A DNA stretch of 64,000 nucleotides from Oscillospiraceae bacterium. Its GTDB lineage: Bacteria > Bacillota_I > Bacilli_A > RFN20 > CAG-288. Positions 60,035 through 64,000 of the stretch are shown one piece after another. How positions within the stretch are numbered: the first letter of the stretch is position 1; every line of letters starts with the position of its first letter. The translations under genes and the position numbers were made by a program. The stretch lies in NCBI GenBank assembly GCA_963654365.1, contig CAVJZP010000002.1:639-64638 (forward strand), written 5' to 3'. The notes below the pieces were generated by a model. That model ran no database searches. It was not told where the DNA came from and saw only the letters and a list, made by a program, of their open reading frames with translations.

Positions 60035-60580
60035 TCAGAGGGTTGGAAGGAAGGAGACGGTCGCTTTGACTAGTTTCTTGAGAAAGACATCGTTCACCTT
60101 TCCCATCCTGGCGATGACTCTTCCTTTTGAGATCCAGCGGACATTGTCGACGATGATTCCGGTGTTGTGCTCAAAACCATCCTCCAATGTCCCATCTAGG
60201 ATATCGTCGTAATTGTGTCCATACTTTTTTGTTGAGCAGGGCGCAACAAGCATGAATGCTTTTCTCTGCGCCAAGACGACACAGGGATGCGGAAACGATA
60301 GTTCGAATCCGAAATTCATCGCTCCGAAGTCGACATAGAGGATGCTTCCCACCTCATACTCCTCATAATAGGGATTTGCCCTATCATCCTTCACCCAGTG
60401 ATCGATGTGATTGATCATCTGTGAGAGTTCATAGCTTGTCGCGTTCTCGTAATATATTTTCAGCTCTTCCAACGACTGAAGGAAATAACTGTTCAGTTTT
60501 TCATTCAGCAGCCCTTTGTCATACTTCCCTTCTTTGATGCGTCCTAGGCTTTCCACTTCCTTTCGATTGATGCCACTCAT
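60035..60580 (-). CDS. PemK/MazF-like toxin-domain protein with a roughly 75-aa N-terminal extension; no adjacent antitoxin
   Basis: VGSILYVDFGAMNFGFELSFPHPCVVLAQ...LVAPCSTKK resembles the MazF/NdoA core ([26 protein letters not shown]). Start MSGINRKE with RBS AAAGGAG; the ORF-track N-terminus to 60658 is a low-complexity antisense extension. Confidence 0.45.
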   Translation of the reverse strand: MSGINRKEVESLGRIKEGKYDKGLLNEKLNSYFLQSLEELKIYYENATSYELSQMINHIDHWVKDDRANPYYEEYEVGSILYVDFGAMNFGFELSFPHPCVVLAQRKAFMLVAPCSTKKYGHNYDDILDGTLEDGFEHNTGIIVDNVRWISKGRVIARMGKVNDVFLKKLVKATVSFLPTL

Positions 60581-60664
60581 GGTTCTGCTCCTTTCACTTA
60601 GATATATATGCTGAGAGAGAAAAAGAACAAAAAGGATGAAAAACCGAAAAAGAATCAAAACAAG

Positions 60665-60693
60665 TTGTGTTTCATTTTGGAGAAAGTAATATA
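60665..60693 (+). promoter_or_regulatory. candidate sigma-A promoter of alaS (TTGTGT-17-TAATAT; TATAAT overlapping)
   Basis: Sequence reading. The leader to the ATG is only about 45 nt. Confidence 0.3.
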
Positions 60694-60741
60694 ATGTATT
60701 GGTTTTAAATATATTTAATATAAGATTGGAGAATCCTACTT

Positions 60742-63351
60742 ATGAGAAAAATGACTAGCGATGAAATCCGTGATACCTGGCTGAACTTCTTCCGTGACCA
60801 CGGACATTACATCGAACCTTCCGCCTCTTTGATTCCAAACAATGATCCTACTCTTCTTTGGATCAACGCTGGGGTTGCCGCGCTGAAAAAGTACTTTGAC
60901 GGCACTCTGACTCCAAAGCACAGAAGAATCACCAACGCACAGAAATGCATCCGTACCAACGATATCGACAATGTCGGTCATACCGCAAGACATCATACCT
61001 TCTTTGAGATGATGGGTAACTTCTCCATCGGCGATTACTTCAGAAACGAAGTCATCCCGTGGGCTTTTGAACTTCTCACATCGGATAAATACTACGGACT
61101 CGATCCGCATAAGCTTTATGTCACCTATTATCCCGATGACAAAGAGACCCATGACCTCTGGGTCAAATGCGGTATTCCGGAAGAGAATATGGTTCCTTCC
61201 ACAAGCAACTTCTGGGAGATCGGTGAAGGTCCGTGCGGGCCGGATACTGAGATCAACTATGACCGCGGTGAGAAATATGATCCTGAGCATTTAGGACTCA
61301 AGCTCCTTCAGGACGATCTCGACAACGACCGTTACATCGAATTATGGAATATCGTCTTCTCTCAGTTCAACTCTATGCCTGGCGTTGCAAGAAAAGACTA
61401 TAAGCAGCTTCCTCAGAAGAACATCGATACCGGAGCGGGACTCGAAAGACTTGCCTGCATCATGCAGGATGCTGAGACCAATTTTGAAACCGATCTTTTC
61501 ATGCCCTATATCCGCGCCTTAGAGAAAAAGGCCGCCTATCCTTACGAAGGCAAGTACAAGTTGGCATATCGCGTCATCGCTGATCACATCCGTTCCATCA
61601 CCTTCGCTCTTGCCGATGGTGCTGTCTTCTCCAATGACGGAAGAGGGTATGTCCTGAAGAGACTTTTAAGACGTGCTTCCCGTTATGCACAGACAATCGG
61701 ACTTCCTGCCGGAACATTGGCCTCCCTTGTCCCCCTTGTCACAGAGAACATGTCACACTTCTATCCTTACCTGAAGGATCATCAGGAGAGAACGATGAAG
61801 ATGATCTCAAGCGAAGAGAACAAGTTTGCCAACACTTTGAAGACTGGAGAGAAACTCCTTGCCCAGTATATGAAGAAGGAAGGAGACACCCTCCTTGCTG
61901 AAGATGCCTTCCGTCTAGCTGATACCTACGGCTTCCCGTTTGAACTCACCAAGGAAATCGCAGAGGACGGCGGAAAGAAAGTCGATGTCGAAGGCTATGA
62001 GAAATTATTAGAGGCAAGCAAGGAACTAGCCAGAAAGAGCCGTGGAGACAAACAGTCCTTCGGACTTCAGTCCAAAGATCTTATTGCTTTTACGGAAAAT
62101 AGCGAATTCACCTATGAGGAAGGAAAAGACTTCACTTCCAAAGTCAACGGGCTCTTCGTGGATGGCGTAAAAGTCGATTCTATCCAGGATGAAGGAGATG
62201 TCTGCTTGGAGAAGACCGATTTCTACGCACTCTCCGGTGGCCAGGTCTCCGATAGAGGATTCCTCCACAACGAGAACTGTGAAGCTGAAGTCACCGATGT
62301 CAAGGCAGCGAACCACGGTCAGCATTTACTCCATGTGAAAGTCTTATACGGAGAGATCAGACTCGCAGACGAATTCGAAGAGAGAGTCGACTGGGAAAGA
62401 AGAAACAGGATCAGAAAGAACCATTCTGCTACCCACTTGCTTCAAAAAGCACTCCAGGAAAAATTATCCTCCGAAATCCATCAGGAAGGCGCCTATTATG
62501 ATGATGAACTTCTCCGCTTTGACATCAACTACGACAGCAAGATCTCCGACGACGACCTTTCCAACGTTGAAAGAAGAGTCAATGAGAAGATCTTCGCCGC
62601 GCTTCCTGTCACAACGGAAGTCCTCTCTAAGGAAGACGCTTTGAAGAAGAATGCAATGCACCTCTTCTCCGAGAAATACGGAGACAAGGTAAGAGTTGTC
62701 TCCATGGGAGACTATTCTATCGAATTCTGTGGCGGAACCCATGTCGACAACACTTCCGAAATCGGTCTCTTCGTGATTGCAAGCGAAGAGAGTGTCGCTG
62801 CGGGAATCAGAAGACTTACCTGCTATACGGGTGTCAAAGCCTACGAATATCTCAAAGAGAAACAGGGTCTCATCAATGAGGCTGCCTCTCTTCTTAAGAT
62901 CAACTCCGACAAAGGTGTCCGCAGCAAGATCATCTCCAACAACGAGCTCATCTCCTCGTTGAACAATACCATCAAGGTCTTAAGAGAAGAAAATGCCAAT
63001 AACCTCATCGGCGGATTAGAGTCCAAGATTGAAAAAGCCGATAACAAAGAACTCCTTATCGCCACGTTGAAGAATCTCACCCACGAACAGGAAGACACTT
63101 TAGTCCATAACTTAGTCGATAAACATCCTAGCCTTCTTCTCTTCCTCGCCATCGATAACGGCGGAAAGAAAGACATCGTTACAGCAAGAGGAAAAGACCT
63201 TTCCACCATCAAAGCCGGCAATGTCATGAAGGAGTGCTCTGCTCTCCTCTCTGGAAGAGGCGGAGGAAGACCGGACGTCGCATTCGGTGCCTGTGACGAC
63301 TTATCCAACTTATCCAAGGTCAAAGAGCATCTGTTAGGGCTCCTCAAGTGA
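60742..63351 (+). CDS. alaS: alanine--tRNA ligase
   Basis: 869 aa with a classic AlaRS N-terminus (WLNFFRDHGHYIEPSASLIPNNDPTLLWINAG) and C-terminal DHHA1 region. Confidence 0.95.
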   Translation: MRKMTSDEIRDTWLNFFRDHGHYIEPSASLIPNNDPTLLWINAGVAALKKYFDGTLTPKHRRITNAQKCIRTNDIDNVGHTARHHTFFEMMGNFSIGDYFRNEVIPWAFELLTSDKYYGLDPHKLYVTYYPDDKETHDLWVKCGIPEENMVPSTSNFWEIGEGPCGPDTEINYDRGEKYDPEHLGLKLLQDDLDNDRYIELWNIVFSQFNSMPGVARKDYKQLPQKNIDTGAGLERLACIMQDAETNFETDLFMPYIRALEKKAAYPYEGKYKLAYRVIADHIRSITFALADGAVFSNDGRGYVLKRLLRRASRYAQTIGLPAGTLASLVPLVTENMSHFYPYLKDHQERTMKMISSEENKFANTLKTGEKLLAQYMKKEGDTLLAEDAFRLADTYGFPFELTKEIAEDGGKKVDVEGYEKLLEASKELARKSRGDKQSFGLQSKDLIAFTENSEFTYEEGKDFTSKVNGLFVDGVKVDSIQDEGDVCLEKTDFYALSGGQVSDRGFLHNENCEAEVTDVKAANHGQHLLHVKVLYGEIRLADEFEERVDWERRNRIRKNHSATHLLQKALQEKLSSEIHQEGAYYDDELLRFDINYDSKISDDDLSNVERRVNEKIFAALPVTTEVLSKEDALKKNAMHLFSEKYGDKVRVVSMGDYSIEFCGGTHVDNTSEIGLFVIASEESVAAGIRRLTCYTGVKAYEYLKEKQGLINEAASLLKINSDKGVRSKIISNNELISSLNNTIKVLREENANNLIGGLESKIEKADNKELLIATLKNLTHEQEDTLVHNLVDKHPSLLLFLAIDNGGKKDIVTARGKDLSTIKAGNVMKECSALLSGRGGGRPDVAFGACDDLSNLSKVKEHLLGLLK

Positions 63352-63794
63352 AAAAGAACCTTCTCGCCCTCGATTTAGGAAAAGGAAGCATGGGTGTTGC
63401 TATCTCCAGAAGTGGGATGTTCATCACTCCAATCACCAATCTTCGCTTTCACGCCATGCAGTTTCAGGAGCCGATCGATTATCTTAAAGCGCTTCTCGTC
63501 ACAGAAAAAGTAGAGACCTTCGTACTTGGCCTTCCCCTCTTTCCTAGCGGAGATGACTGCGAGATGACACTTATCGTCCGCAGTTTTGCTGAGATGCTGA
63601 AGAAAGAGTTCCCGGATATCGAAATCGTATTCCAGGATGAACGCTACTCCACGATCGAAGCTTCCTCTGTCCTGCATAAGCAAGGACAGAATTCCAAAAA
63701 GCAGCACAAAGGCATCGATGCCGCAGCGAGCTGCATCATATTAGAACGCTATTTGAAATCGATTCACCAGATGGATGACATCGCTCCGTTCTGA
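63348..63794 (+). CDS. ruvX: Holliday-junction resolvase-like RNase RuvX/YqgF
   Basis: GTG start overlapping the alaS stop (GTGA). LALDLGKGSMGVAIS N-terminus of the YqgF family. Conserved position after alaS. Confidence 0.75.
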   Translation: MKKNLLALDLGKGSMGVAISRSGMFITPITNLRFHAMQFQEPIDYLKALLVTEKVETFVLGLPLFPSGDDCEMTLIVRSFAEMLKKEFPDIEIVFQDERYSTIEASSVLHKQGQNSKKQHKGIDAAASCIILERYLKSIHQMDDIAPF

Positions 63795-63802
63795 CGAATT
63801 AT

Positions 63803-63830
63803 AAAAGGCTACCGAAGGATAGCCTTTTTC
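63803..63830. terminator. bidirectional intrinsic terminator
   Basis: AAAAGGCTA-ccgaagga-TAGCCTTTTTC. Confidence 0.7.
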
Positions 63831-63837
63831 TATGATA

Positions 63838-64000
63838 TCAATAAAGTACATAAGGAATATAATCAGAAACAATCTCGGATAGCTTTTTCAGATTTTCCTC
63901 ATTGTTGGCAGCGATGACAAGTTGTGGCTTATCGTGTGTCACCTTCTTATTGTGAAGAGAGGATAAGACACCTCCTGCCTCTTTCAGAATGAGTTCGCCG
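63838..64000 (-). CDS. 3' end of an unidentified minus-strand CDS (its 5' part runs off the window)
   Basis: Open reverse frame ...GELILKEAGGVLSSLHNKKVTHDKPQLVIAANNEENLKKLSEIVSDYIPYVLY* ending at TGA (63840..63838). Confidence 0.3.
   Translation of the reverse strand, partial: GELILKEAGGVLSSLHNKKVTHDKPQLVIAANNEENLKKLSEIVSDYIPYVLY

Noticed and set aside
60581-60741. Possible T-box riboswitch upstream of alaS (common in Firmicutes)
   Set aside because: The leader is only about 140 nt including the promoter, far shorter than a T-box (about 250 nt). I find no AGGGUGGNACCGCG T-box sequence and no terminator/antiterminator pair.

Overview
This 64-kb window comes from a low-GC Gram-positive (Firmicutes-type) chromosome. 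Signal peptides end in lipoboxes, RBS are AGGAGG-like, and the sugar ABC ATPase is long in the way described for Mollicutes/Erysipelotrichia, which is a weak taxonomic hint only. The window has three parts. (1) Positions 1-15400 hold housekeeping genes. The conserved rimP-nusA-ylxR-L7Ae-infB-rbfA operon and rpsO are on the minus strand, but the normally contiguous truB-ribF pair is inverted onto the plus strand. An anaerobic ribonucleotide reductase pair (nrdD-nrdG) is interposed. A promoter-less 3' gene remnant full of 12-nt tandem repeats sits at one junction. (2) Positions 15500-49430 hold a heterodimeric ABC exporter plus a lipoprotein, then a roughly 28-kb polysaccharide-utilisation locus, almost entirely minus strand. 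It has five GH43-type genes, a GH2, an SGNH hydrolase, a SASA-like esterase, a sugar ABC importer with an unusually long MsmK-like ATPase, a LacI regulator, and two large Big_2-type surface lipoproteins. Ten of the proteins in this window carry lipoprotein signal peptides. (3) Positions 49430-64000 hold a loosely packed islet with an AlbA_2/RecG-C-like regulator-type protein (intact paralog of the remnant in part 1, with its own 12-nt tandem repeat tract) and a DUF4143 AAA ATPase preceded by three 33-bp-phased direct repeats over a sigma-A-like promoter. After that come flavodoxin, an amino-acid ABC importer with a PatB/MalY-type C-S lyase behind a long structured leader, a solitary MazF/PemK-like toxin-domain gene, alaS and ruvX. 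I found no rRNA, tRNA, CRISPR array, transposase or integrase. All calls rest on visual motif recognition and gene context; no database search was possible.
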